DNA of 58,910 bases from a bacterium (GTDB lineage Bacteria > Planctomycetota > JADGBV01): positions 1 through 58,910 of the forward strand of contig JAHFOS010000005.1 in the NCBI GenBank assembly GCA_023261545.1, in the 5' to 3' direction. The stretch's first letter is position 1. Each line of letters opens with the position of its first letter. The translations under genes were made by a program, and so were the position numbers. Positions 39,796 to 48,769 of the stretch are shown here, in pieces. The notes beneath the pieces are model-generated. The model did no database searches and had not been told where the DNA came from. It saw only the letters and a program-made list of their open reading frames with translations.

Positions 39796-40823
39796 CCGCC
39801 GTAGCCCAGCAGTGGCATTTCGAAGACGCGGAAGCGCTGCACCCAGGGGACGTGATACACCCAGCGCGCCAGGCTGTGCAGGTTCCACATCTCCCAGAAG
39901 AAGCCGCAGGCCAGGGCCGCCAGGGCGGCGGACCAGAGCCCGCTGAAGTCCCCGCGCGGGCTCGCGCTCAGCACGTGCTCTTCGCCGACCAGAGCTTGTA
40001 GTCCTATAAAAAGCAGTCCGGGCGCGAGCCAAAGCATCGGGTAGAACTCACGTGGGTGAGCCGGCAAAACGAAAAGGCCGAGCGCTGAGAATAGAACGGC
40101 GAAAAAAGCGAGCGGTCGGAACGGAATTTTAAAAGCGGGAGCGTGCCCGGAAAACGCTGACTTGAAGCCCGGGCAGGACAAGACCAGTTCCTGCATGGCG
40201 ACGAAGGCTGGCAAGACCGTGGAAAAGGCCAGCGTGCAGTGCAAAGCGTACTCCCCGGCGCTGAACTGCTCCACGTTCTCATAGCTCCAGTTCCCGGCGA
40301 AGCGGTTCAAAAACTCGAACATCCACCACAGCAGCGCGCTCAGGGGAAAGAGCGCCGCGTACCAGGCGGGGTGGTGCGTGAGCGGGCAGCTTCCACTGGC
40401 GCGCACCAGCCGGGCGTTGAGGCACAGGATGAAGCTCAGCCATAGCGGCGTGAAGGTGTATTTCTGGAATCCGGCAAAGCACGGGAAGCGCGTCCAGGCG
40501 ATGAGCCAGAAGAAGCCGAGTCCGAGAAAGGAAGGTGCCGCCCAGGCCGGCCAGGGATGCGCGGCGATCGGCCACCAGCGCACGATGCCTCGGGCGCGAT
40601 ACGTCCAGATCAGGAAAGGGGATATCGGGGCGAGGATCAGCGCCAGGATGACACCGGCTCCGAACCACGACCACGATTCCATCCCCGAAGGCGCCGGCCG
40701 CGGGGGAAAGACGAGGTAGGGGCCGAGCTCCAGGCCCGCGACGGCCACGCCGGCCACAGGCAGGGCCAACACCAAACCCAGCACGCCGCTGATAACCAGC
40801 AAACGCAGTAATAATTTAGCCAT
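39675..40823 (-). CDS. Conserved hypothetical integral membrane protein
   Basis: Multiple TMs; WWMFEFLNRF..NWSY and FWEMWN..W.Y.VP...FEMPLLGYGGYLPFG motifs. Confidence 0.75.
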   Translation of the reverse strand: MAKLLLRLLVISGVLGLVLALPVAGVAVAGLELGPYLVFPPRPAPSGMESWSWFGAGVILALILAPISPFLIWTYRARGIVRWWPIAAHPWPAWAAPSFLGLGFFWLIAWTRFPCFAGFQKYTFTPLWLSFILCLNARLVRASGSCPLTHHPAWYAALFPLSALLWWMFEFLNRFAGNWSYENVEQFSAGEYALHCTLAFSTVLPAFVAMQELVLSCPGFKSAFSGHAPAFKIPFRPLAFFAVLFSALGLFVLPAHPREFYPMLWLAPGLLFIGLQALVGEEHVLSASPRGDFSGLWSAALAALACGFFWEMWNLHSLARWVYHVPWVQRFRVFEMPLLGYGGYLPFGVECAAFAGWLSVLMGVPAPGTKNSGDDPTVTSPS

Positions 40824-40836
40824 GACGCAGAACGCT

Positions 40837-40970
40837 CAGCCGTTCGCCCTTGATCCCCCGCTTGGGGGGATGCGCTTGTCGAAGCCTGTCCTGAGCATAG
40901 TCGAAGGGGGCAAATGGCGGTGGGGTCGCGGCCCGTTCATGCTTCGACAAGCTCAGCACGAACGGACCTG
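40837..40970. repeat. Family-3 REP-like hairpin repeat (no clear TIRs)
   Basis: CCGTTCGCCCTT...GTCGAAG...CTTCGACAAGCTCAGCACGAACGG, as at 21765-21875. Confidence 0.8.
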
Positions 40971-41131
40971 AATGCCGGTAGCAAAGCGAAGATGCGTCTC
41001 GTGGGCCGAGCTATTATCGGGCGCGAAAGCCATCGCTGAGTCGCCGTCATGTCGGGTTGCGACTATAGGCGCGGCGCCGCCGCTTGAAGCGCCCGGCTTC
41101 CGCAGGGGGACGGCCTCACTATCATGTCCGC

Positions 41132-42592
41132 GTGCCTGCCCGCTGGTTCACCCTCTCCGCCATCACCCGGCGCATCGAGGAGCTTATCGCTCCCGCCATG
41201 GATCGCACCTTTTGGGTGAAGGCGGAGATCCAGTCGCCGCGTCATAAGGGCGGGTCCTTCTACGCCGATCTCGTCGAGGGCGGCACCCAGGGCAAGGTCA
41301 TCGCCCAGATGCGGCTGGTGATGTGGGGCAGCGAGTTCACCGCTATCCGCCGCCGCTTCGAGCGCGAGGGCCTGGAACTTAAACTTGAAAATGGCACGGC
41401 GGTGCTGATGGAATGCCGCCTGCAGTACCACCCTGTTTACGGGCTTTCGCTCAAGGGTCTGGACATCGATCCCGCTTTCGCGCTGGGCGAGATCGAGCTC
41501 AAAAAGCGCCGTATCCTGGAGAAACTGGAGGGCGAGGGATTGAAGGGCCGTAATGCCGGCCGTACCGTGCCGCTGCTGCCCGCGCGTATCGGGCTCATCA
41601 CCAGCTCCGGCAGCGCCGCCTGCCGCGACTTCACCGAGACGCTGCGCGCCTCGGGTTATGGTTTCAGTGTTTTGCTCGCCGATGCTTTGGTGCAGGGCGC
41701 GGAGACTGAAACCAGCATCTTGCGGGCGCTCGCCGCGCTGGAATGCCTGCGGCCCGACCTCATCGCCATCTGCCGGGGCGGAGGCAGCAAGACCGATCTC
41801 TCCTGGCTGGACAACGAGGCGCTGGGCAGGGCGGTGGCGCTTTGCCCCGTGGCGGTGTGGACCGGCATCGGCCACGAGACCGACAGCGGCGTCCTGGACT
41901 TCATGGCGGCCCGCCACTTCAAGACGCCGACGGCGGTGAGCGAAGAACTGGTGGCGCGCTACGTGGAAATGGAGAAGCGTTTGGAGCACGGCCGGAGCCG
42001 CCTGGCCACGGGCTGGCGGCATCGCCATGAGAGCGAGCGGCGCTCCTTGCGAGAGGCCGCCATCGGGTTGCGCCAGGGCACGCGCAAACTGCTGGAGTCC
42101 ACCCGTGCTGAACTGAGCGCCGTGGCCCGGGGATTTCGCTCCCAAGCGGAAGGTCGGCTCAAGGAGGAACGCTCGCGGCTCACCCTGGCGCGCGGGCGCC
42201 TGCGCTCATCCGCGGCCACGCGCCTCAAAGAGGCGAGCGCCCGCTTGCGGGAGCGCCGCCGCGCGCTCACCGTGGGATCGCGCCAAAGTCTGCGGCTCGC
42301 CCGCGGCAGCCTCAGGGCGCTCACGCGCGGGTTCCGTCCCGGCCGCTTCCTCGCGCGCCTGCGCCAGGAGCGGGGGCTGCTGCGCGCGCGCCTGTTGCGC
42401 CTCAGATCCGCCGATCCGCGCCAGGCGCTGAAGCGCGGCTACGCCATGGTGCGGGGCGATAACGGCCAACCCGTGCGCCGCGCCGGGGACCTGCGCGTCG
42501 GCGGGACCCTCAGCGCCGAGTTCCACGACGGGTTGGCGCACGGGGTGATTTCCGCTATCGAGAGGAGGAAACATGGTCAAAAAGACGGCTGA
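41132..42592 (+). CDS. xseA: Exodeoxyribonuclease VII large subunit
   Basis: OB-fold start, RIGLITS.GSAA..DF, RGGGS..DL, TGIGHETD, TPTA, LKRGYA. Confidence 0.93.
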   Translation: MPARWFTLSAITRRIEELIAPAMDRTFWVKAEIQSPRHKGGSFYADLVEGGTQGKVIAQMRLVMWGSEFTAIRRRFEREGLELKLENGTAVLMECRLQYHPVYGLSLKGLDIDPAFALGEIELKKRRILEKLEGEGLKGRNAGRTVPLLPARIGLITSSGSAACRDFTETLRASGYGFSVLLADALVQGAETETSILRALAALECLRPDLIAICRGGGSKTDLSWLDNEALGRAVALCPVAVWTGIGHETDSGVLDFMAARHFKTPTAVSEELVARYVEMEKRLEHGRSRLATGWRHRHESERRSLREAAIGLRQGTRKLLESTRAELSAVARGFRSQAEGRLKEERSRLTLARGRLRSSAATRLKEASARLRERRRALTVGSRQSLRLARGSLRALTRGFRPGRFLARLRQERGLLRARLLRLRSADPRQALKRGYAMVRGDNGQPVRRAGDLRVGGTLSAEFHDGLAHGVISAIERRKHGQKDG

Positions 42593-42902
42593 AGAAAAAG
42601 GGCGCAAACCGCCCTCTTACGAAGAGAAAGTGGGCCGGCTTGAGGAGATCCTCACCAGGCTCGATGACTCCGAGACGCCCATTGACGAGCTCGCCAGCGA
42701 CGTCAAGGAGGGCGCGCGGCTCATCCTAGAGCTCAACCGCAAGCTGCGCGCGGTGGAATTCGAGGTGCTCGAAGCCTTCAAGGAACTGGAAAAAGAGGGC
42801 GCCGCTCGCGGTGCCGATGCCAGCGCGGAAGAACCCGCGGAGGATTACACGGAGGATGGAGAGGAAGAAGATGATGAGGCGGAAGACAAAACGGGGCGGT
42901 GA
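42573..42902 (+). CDS. xseB: Exodeoxyribonuclease VII small subunit with an acidic tail
   Basis: SYEEKVGRLEEILTRLD....IDEL...VKEGARLI; follows xseA. Confidence 0.9.
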   Translation: MVKKTAEEKGRKPPSYEEKVGRLEEILTRLDDSETPIDELASDVKEGARLILELNRKLRAVEFEVLEAFKELEKEGAARGADASAEEPAEDYTEDGEEEDDEAEDKTGR

Positions 42903-42978
42903 GGGGGAGGGTCGTCCGAGAAAGAACGCCGACACAGCTTTTGGGATTCCTACTCCCGCGTTCCAGTTTCCGGAAACG

Positions 42979-43193
42979 TAAGCGGTCACCCGCTGATTCG
43001 GACCTTTTCATCGCTGTGTCGGCCAGCTAGGCCCGTTCGTGCTGAGCTTGTCGAAGCATGAAGGGGCCGAGCCGTCGGCGCCGTCCGCCCCTTGTGGCCC
43101 TTAGTGGCCATTCGACAGGCTCATCCCCCAAAGCGGGGGATGAAGGGCGAACGGCTCGGGGGCTGTCGTGGCACCAAAAAAGCTGAACGCTGA
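42979..43193. mobile_element. MITE-like element family 3 (inverted relative to 21737)
   Basis: TA-AGCGGTCACC...AGCTGAACGCT ends; internal CCGTTCGTGCTGAGCTTGTCGAAG...TTCGACAGGCTCA hairpin. Confidence 0.7.
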
Positions 43194-43212
43194 CCCGGAA
43201 ACAAATCCCGAT

Positions 43213-44379
43213 CTACTGCGCCGGCAAGTCGCAAAAATTCTTTTTCAGGATTCCCTGGAGGGGAAAACTTTCGAGGACTTTGACGATGCGCCGGCTCGCC
43301 CCGCCCGTGCCGTAAGGGTTACGCACGCCGGGGAGTTCGCGGCGAAACTCCGGGCTGTAGAGGCGGTCCAGAGCCTTCAGGATGGCCGCGCGCTGCGGCG
43401 CGCAGTTGATGACGCTTTCGGCCTGGAGGCGGCCGCGCTGGCGCTCGCCGATGTTGATGGTGCCGATGTGGAAAGCGGGCGCTTCGATAAGCCCGCTTGA
43501 GGAGTTGCCCACCACGCCGTCCACGTGCTTCAAGGCCGAGAGGTACTTGAGCTGCCCGAGCGAGACGAAGGCGGCGGCGCGCCCGGCATGGCGCGCGACG
43601 AAGTCGTCAATTCCGCGGATCAGCGCGCGCCCACCCACGTCGGCATTGGGCTTGGTGAAAATGACGCGGAGGCCGGGCCGGGCCTCCAAGGCGGCGAGGA
43701 GTTCCGCGAATTGCGCGTCCGCCGTGGCCTCCTCAAGCGTGACGGGATGGAAGGTGACGAGCAGGTTGCGTTCCCCGAACTTGAAGCCCAGTTCCGCCTC
43801 CAGTTTCGCGCGCGACAGCAGTTTCAGTTTGCGCACGTTGTCGAGCCCGAGCCCGCCGACGTTGAAAACGCGCCGGGGATCCTCTCCGAGCTGGATCACG
43901 CGCCGGCGGTACTTTTCGGCGGCGGTGAAATGCAGGTGCGACATCTTGGTGAGGCAGTGGCGGATGGCCTCGTCGTAGGCGCCTTCCGAGGACTCCCCGC
44001 CGTGGAGGTGCGCCACGGGGATGCGCGCCACCAGGGCCGCCGCCGCGGCGGCCAGAAGCTCGAAGCGGTCCCCGAGGACGATGAGGATGTGGGGTTGAAG
44101 CTCCGCCAAGGCGTCGGCGAATCCGATGAGGCCGAGCCCCATGGATTTGGCGATGCCCGCCGGCGTGTCCGAGGAGAGCAGCATTTCCACCTTCTTATGG
44201 ATGTGGAAGCCATCGGCTTCGATGGCGCGCCAGGTGAGCCCGAACTCCGGCGCAAGGTGCATGCCGGTGGCGACGACCTGGAGCTCGAGCTTGGCGGAGG
44301 CCCGAATTTCCTTCATCAGCCAGTGGAGCAGGCCATACTCGGCCCGCGATCCGGTGACGACGCAGCAGCGGCGCTTCAC
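43213..44379 (-). CDS. neuC: Hydrolysing UDP/GDP-N-acetylglucosamine 2-epimerase (NeuC/LegG)
   Basis: VTGSRAEYGLL, TGMHL, LGDRFE, HLHGGE, TFHPVT, GNSSSG. Confidence 0.93.
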   Translation of the reverse strand: MKRRCCVVTGSRAEYGLLHWLMKEIRASAKLELQVVATGMHLAPEFGLTWRAIEADGFHIHKKVEMLLSSDTPAGIAKSMGLGLIGFADALAELQPHILIVLGDRFELLAAAAAALVARIPVAHLHGGESSEGAYDEAIRHCLTKMSHLHFTAAEKYRRRVIQLGEDPRRVFNVGGLGLDNVRKLKLLSRAKLEAELGFKFGERNLLVTFHPVTLEEATADAQFAELLAALEARPGLRVIFTKPNADVGGRALIRGIDDFVARHAGRAAAFVSLGQLKYLSALKHVDGVVGNSSSGLIEAPAFHIGTINIGERQRGRLQAESVINCAPQRAAILKALDRLYSPEFRRELPGVRNPYGTGGASRRIVKVLESFPLQGILKKNFCDLPAQ

Positions 44380-45377
44380 AGTTCGATGAGCTCGTCCGCC
44401 GCGAAATCGCGGGGCGCGGCGCGACCCAGGACTTCATCCCAGCGCATGGGGCTGATGCCGCTGCCCGGCCGTTTCACGGCCAGGTTCGCAAGATCGAACC
44501 GTTCGCCCTTGCGGATGGGCTTCAGGGCCACGATGGACTTGCGCGCCACGGGAATGTTCTTGGCCTCGCTGGGGGTCGGGCGCTTGATGCCGTCGCCGAG
44601 AGCCAGTTCGATGTGGCGCACGGCCCGCACCATGGCCTTGAGCTCGCCGGGTTCCAGGCTGGCCTGGTGGTCGGGGCCGGGAAGACGGCGGTCCAGGGTG
44701 AAATGCTTCTCCAGGAAAGCCGCCCCGAGCGCGGCGGCGGCAACGCAGACCTCGAAACCCGCCGTGTGATCGGAGTAGCCCACCTTGACCCCTGGGAAAG
44801 CGTGGCGCAGCGTTTCCATGGCGCGCAGATTGACGTCCCCCATGGGCGTCGGGTATTCGGTATTGCAGTGCAGCAGGACGAGGTTGCGGCGAGCGAGCCC
44901 GCCGCTTTCGAGCACGGCGACGGCCTGTTCCACCTCGGCGAGGGTGGCCATCCCCGTGGACATGACCACGGGTTTGCCGAGGCGGGCGATGTGCCGCAGC
45001 AGCGGCAAATTGACGATCTCTCCCGAAGAAATTTTGAGCAGCGGTACCCCGAGCTCCACGAGCAGGTCGGCGCTGGGCTCGTCGAAAGGCGTGGAGATGA
45101 AGAGGATGCCCCGGGCTTGGGCACGATCCATGAGGGCCTCGTGGGCGGCGCGGTCAAGCTCAAGTTTTTTGACCATCTGAAGCTGTGACTCCTCGGCACC
45201 TGTAGCTTGGACCTGGTACTCGGCTTTGGGGGCATGCCGGCTGATGATGCGCTCCGCCCTGAAAGTCTGAAACTTCACGAAATCCGCCCCGGCCTCAGCC
45301 GCGGCGTCCACCAGGGCCAGCGCGCGCTCGAGACTGCCGTTGTGGTTGACACCGGCCTCGGCAATAATGAGGATCAT
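44376..45377 (-). CDS. neuB: N-acetylneuraminate/legionaminate synthase
   Basis: IIAEAGVNHNG, VKFQTF, STGMA, LHCNTEYPTP, GYSDHT, EKHFTLD, C-terminal SAF domain. Confidence 0.95.
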   Translation of the reverse strand: MILIIAEAGVNHNGSLERALALVDAAAEAGADFVKFQTFRAERIISRHAPKAEYQVQATGAEESQLQMVKKLELDRAAHEALMDRAQARGILFISTPFDEPSADLLVELGVPLLKISSGEIVNLPLLRHIARLGKPVVMSTGMATLAEVEQAVAVLESGGLARRNLVLLHCNTEYPTPMGDVNLRAMETLRHAFPGVKVGYSDHTAGFEVCVAAAALGAAFLEKHFTLDRRLPGPDHQASLEPGELKAMVRAVRHIELALGDGIKRPTPSEAKNIPVARKSIVALKPIRKGERFDLANLAVKRPGSGISPMRWDEVLGRAAPRDFAADELIEL

Positions 45378-45619
45378 GGGGATTTTCCTGCCCGCGGGCG
45401 GTGGAGGCGCGGGGAAAGGCCCGGCAGAGCCCACCGAACCAGCATTTTACCCATGCCGGGTCTCCGGCAATCCTGGCGAAGCTTTCCCGACCTCACCCAG
45501 GTCGGTGCGCGGGCCTCTGGCCCGCAGAGGATGGTTTGAAATGCCGCCATCGCAGGGCTTTCATCCCGCTTGTACTCGCTGGACTGAGCTTAAATTTCCC
45601 CCTCTGAGAGGAGTCTGCC

Positions 45620-46402
45620 ATGCACGAAGGTAAGATGCTGGGTCTGTGGTCCATCCCCCCCGACTGGGCGGCGCACGGCGCCCATATTGACGGCCTTGTT
45701 TCCTTCGTCCACGTCCTCATGCTGGTGCTTTTCGTGGGCTGGTCCGCTTTCTTCGTCTATTGCCTGCTGCGCTTCAAGGCCAGCGCGAACCCCGTGGCCA
45801 ATTACCATGGCGTGAAGTCGCATTTTTCCTCCTACATCGAAGTGCTGGTGATCATCGTCGAGGTCATCATGTTGGCGGGTTTTTCCATCCCATTGTGGTC
45901 GGAGTGGACCGATGAGTTTCCGGAAGAGAGCCAGTCCTTGCTGGTGCGCGTGGTGGCGGAGCGGTTCGCCTGGAATTTCCACTACACCGGCCCGGACGGC
46001 AAGTTCGGCGTCACCTCCCCCAAGATGGTGAACGTCCAGGACAACCCCGTGGGGTTGGACATCAAGGCCGATGCGGCCGGCAAGGATGATATCGTCACCA
46101 AGAAGCTGTTCTTGTCCGTGAACAAGCCCACCATCCTGCACATCACCTCCAAAGACGTTATTCACAGCTTTGGCGCGCCCACGCTGCGCCTCAAACAGGA
46201 CGCCATTCCCGGCATGAACATCCCCATCCACTTCAAGCCCATCCAGGAAGGCAAGTCGCTCATCGCCTGCAGTCAGCTCTGCGGCAGCAACCACGCCACG
46301 ATGAAGGGCTTCATCGAGATCATGAGCCAGGAGGCCTTCGACAAGTGGTATGCCGCCGAAGCGGAAAAGTCCGTGAAGGCGAGCTCCGAGGAAAGCTTCT
46401 AG
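45620..46402 (+). CDS. coxB: Cytochrome c oxidase subunit II
   Basis: Two TMs, FAWNFHY, SKDVIHSF, DAIPG, CuA motif CSQLCGSNHATM. Confidence 0.92.
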   Translation: MHEGKMLGLWSIPPDWAAHGAHIDGLVSFVHVLMLVLFVGWSAFFVYCLLRFKASANPVANYHGVKSHFSSYIEVLVIIVEVIMLAGFSIPLWSEWTDEFPEESQSLLVRVVAERFAWNFHYTGPDGKFGVTSPKMVNVQDNPVGLDIKADAAGKDDIVTKKLFLSVNKPTILHITSKDVIHSFGAPTLRLKQDAIPGMNIPIHFKPIQEGKSLIACSQLCGSNHATMKGFIEIMSQEAFDKWYAAEAEKSVKASSEESF

Positions 46403-46421
46403 CCGCAATCCGGCGCGGGAC

Positions 46422-46775
46422 TTGGAGGTGCTCACCTACAGCGCTTACAAGTTCCTGCACATCGTCTTCGTTTTCGTCTTCCTCACTTCCGCCAGCGTCG
46501 CGCTTTTCTCCGAAGGTGGCCGCAGCCGTGGGTTTACCATCGTCTCCCACGGCGCCGGCCTGCTGATCTTTTTCTCCGGCCTGGCCACGCTCTACTACGC
46601 CGGCGAGTTCAAGTTCCCCTTCTGGGTGGTCATGAAATTCGTACTCTGGCTGGGCCTCATGGCCTACAGCGCCGTGGCCGTGAAGCGCCTGCGCAACTGG
46701 CGCGTCACGGCCTATCTCGGCTTTATTCTGCTTTCATCGGCGGTGGTTTATTTCGCGGTGCACAAACCGCTCTGA
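46422..46775 (+). CDS. Small 4-TM membrane protein (SirB2-like)
   Basis: YKFLHI, SHGAGL, WVVMK, terminal AVHKP. Confidence 0.65.
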   Translation: MEVLTYSAYKFLHIVFVFVFLTSASVALFSEGGRSRGFTIVSHGAGLLIFFSGLATLYYAGEFKFPFWVVMKFVLWLGLMAYSAVAVKRLRNWRVTAYLGFILLSSAVVYFAVHKPL

Positions 46776-46780
46776 TTTCC

Positions 46781-47656
46781 GTGGCCCTGAAGTCTTATTT
46801 CGATCTCGAAGGCGATGGCGGCTCAGACATCATGGGCCAGGTCGTTTCCCGGAAACAGGCCGTGGCCCGCGCCACCGCCGGCGTCCGCCGCTGGCTGGCC
46901 GTGGGCTCGGCCAAGGGCGGAGTGGGCAAGAGCACCGTCACCTTGCTCCTGGGAGACGCCCTGCGCCGCCAGGGTCTGCGCGTGGCGTTGCTCGATGCCG
47001 ACCTGAACGGACCCTCGCTGGCGCGCTTGGCCGGGCTCCAAGGGGCCGCGCTGCTGCCCGGGCCCGAGGGCATTTTCGTGCCGCGCAATCGCGATGGGCT
47101 GGGCGTGATTTCCCTGGGCTCGGTGCTTCCCGAGGCGCAGAATCTTGAGTTCGCCAGCGTGGCGCCGGGGGAATCCTTCGTCTGGCGCGCCACCCGCGAG
47201 TTTACCGCCCTGGGCGACGTTCTCGCCGGCACCGCCTGGGGCGCACTCGACTTCCTCATCGTGGACCTGCCGCCCGGGGCCGAGCGCGCGGAGCAGTTCG
47301 CCGGTTTCCTGGGGCCCGCGACCCGCCATCTGCTGGTGAGCCATCCTTCGGCCCTTTCGCGCGGCGTGGCCGCGCGCGGCGTGGCTGCCCTCGCCAAGGC
47401 CGGAGCCCCCGTGCTGGGCTGGGTGGAGAACATGTCCGGCTATTGGTGCAAGGATTGCGAGGAGATCCGCCCGCTTTTCCCCGCGGCGGGCGGCGTGGAG
47501 ATCGGCGCGCCGCTGCTGGCCCGCATTCCTTTCGACCCCGAGCTCGCCATGACGGTGGACCGCGGCGACTCGCCGCTCATGGCCTCGGCTTCCCCCGTGC
47601 ACCGCGAAGTGAACGCCTTGGCCGCCAAGCTTCTTTCCCTCTGGCCGCTCGCATGA
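46781..47656 (+). CDS. Mrp/NBP35 (ApbC)-family P-loop ATPase
   Basis: SAKGGVGKST, DADLNGPS, WGALDFLIVDLPPG, VENMS..WCKDC, IPFDP. Confidence 0.9.
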   Translation: MALKSYFDLEGDGGSDIMGQVVSRKQAVARATAGVRRWLAVGSAKGGVGKSTVTLLLGDALRRQGLRVALLDADLNGPSLARLAGLQGAALLPGPEGIFVPRNRDGLGVISLGSVLPEAQNLEFASVAPGESFVWRATREFTALGDVLAGTAWGALDFLIVDLPPGAERAEQFAGFLGPATRHLLVSHPSALSRGVAARGVAALAKAGAPVLGWVENMSGYWCKDCEEIRPLFPAAGGVEIGAPLLARIPFDPELAMTVDRGDSPLMASASPVHREVNALAAKLLSLWPLA

Positions 47657-47747
47657 GGGCGCTGCCCTTGTTGGCCCACCCGTGACCACCGGCTTGCGCC
47701 GGGATGCCGCCCGCCATGATTGACCGCCGTTCCGAGAGGAGAAAGCC

Positions 47748-48248
47748 ATGAAGTTTCTGTGTGTTTCCTGCAATACCCAGATGAAGCTCAAGCAGACCCA
47801 GGGCCGCGCCGCGCCCGACGCGCGTGGGTCGTTGAGCCTGCTCTTCGAGTGCCCGGACTGCCTGATGGAAGTCGGGATGCTCACCAACCCTTTCGAGACG
47901 CAGCTCGTGACCTCCCTCGGCGTCGAAATTGGCGGCCAGACCGTGGCGGCGGCGGGAACACCGGCTGTAGCCACTTCCACAGCCGGCGGGCCGCAAGCGG
48001 CGGGCGAAGCCAAAACCGGCAAATGCCCCTTCTCCGGTATGGCGCGCGAGGCCATGGCCACGGCCGGAGTTGACGCCAGCGGCGAAACCCTGCCCTGGAC
48101 GGCCCAGGCGCGCGTGCGGCTCATGAACATTCCCGAATTCGTGCGCCCCATGGCCAAGCAGGGCATCGAGCGCTTCGCCCGCGAAGGCGGTTTCGGCGAG
48201 GTCAACGACAAGTGTTTGGATGCCGCCAAGGAGAAATTCGGGATGTGA
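47748..48248 (+). CDS. Zn-ribbon + PCP_red (BchB C-terminal-like) domain protein
   Basis: CVSC...CPDC, KCPFSG, WTAQARVRLMNIPEFVRPMAKQGIERFARE. Confidence 0.85.
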   Translation: MKFLCVSCNTQMKLKQTQGRAAPDARGSLSLLFECPDCLMEVGMLTNPFETQLVTSLGVEIGGQTVAAAGTPAVATSTAGGPQAAGEAKTGKCPFSGMAREAMATAGVDASGETLPWTAQARVRLMNIPEFVRPMAKQGIERFAREGGFGEVNDKCLDAAKEKFGM

Positions 48249-48298
48249 AACGCGGCACGCCGGTCTTCCACGGGAGGCCAGCGTGAGCGTATTTTTAA

Positions 48299-48724
48299 GG
48301 CTCATCCGAATAATGCGTACCTCTGGTGGTGTCTCCTCCCAGTTTTTTCCTGGTGCTCCGTGCCCTCAACTCGGATTTATCCACAGATTACACCGATGGG
48401 CACTGATTAAAGAGACCCGTCACGATTGGTTGTTTTCTGTAGAACAAACCCTGTGAATCTTGTTTTTCTGCGCAGATTTTACGCGACTGAGAAGTCCGGA
48501 GAAATATTTGCACCACGAAGGCACGAAGAAATGCAAGATGCGTTTCTGTTTTTCGTAATTCTTCGTGCCTTCGTGGTAAAAGCAGTTTGGTTCCGGTTAA
48601 GCTGGTCTAGGTTAATCTGTATTCTCTGTGGAAAAATCCCCCCGGTATTACATTCGACTTCCGTCTTGCCAGATCGTGGCCTCGCGTGAAAACTTTTGAA
48701 AAGTACGCAGTATTCGGATGAGCC
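48299..48724. mobile_element. MITE-like element family 2 with 22-bp TIRs and an 8-bp target duplication
   Basis: ATTTTTAA|GGCTCATCCGAATAATGCGTAC...GTACGCAGTATTCGGATGAGCC|ATTTTTAA. Confidence 0.9.
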
Positions 48725-48769
48725 ATTTTTAAGTCAAATGCAAGTGCGGACCACGCCGAAAGTCTCTCC

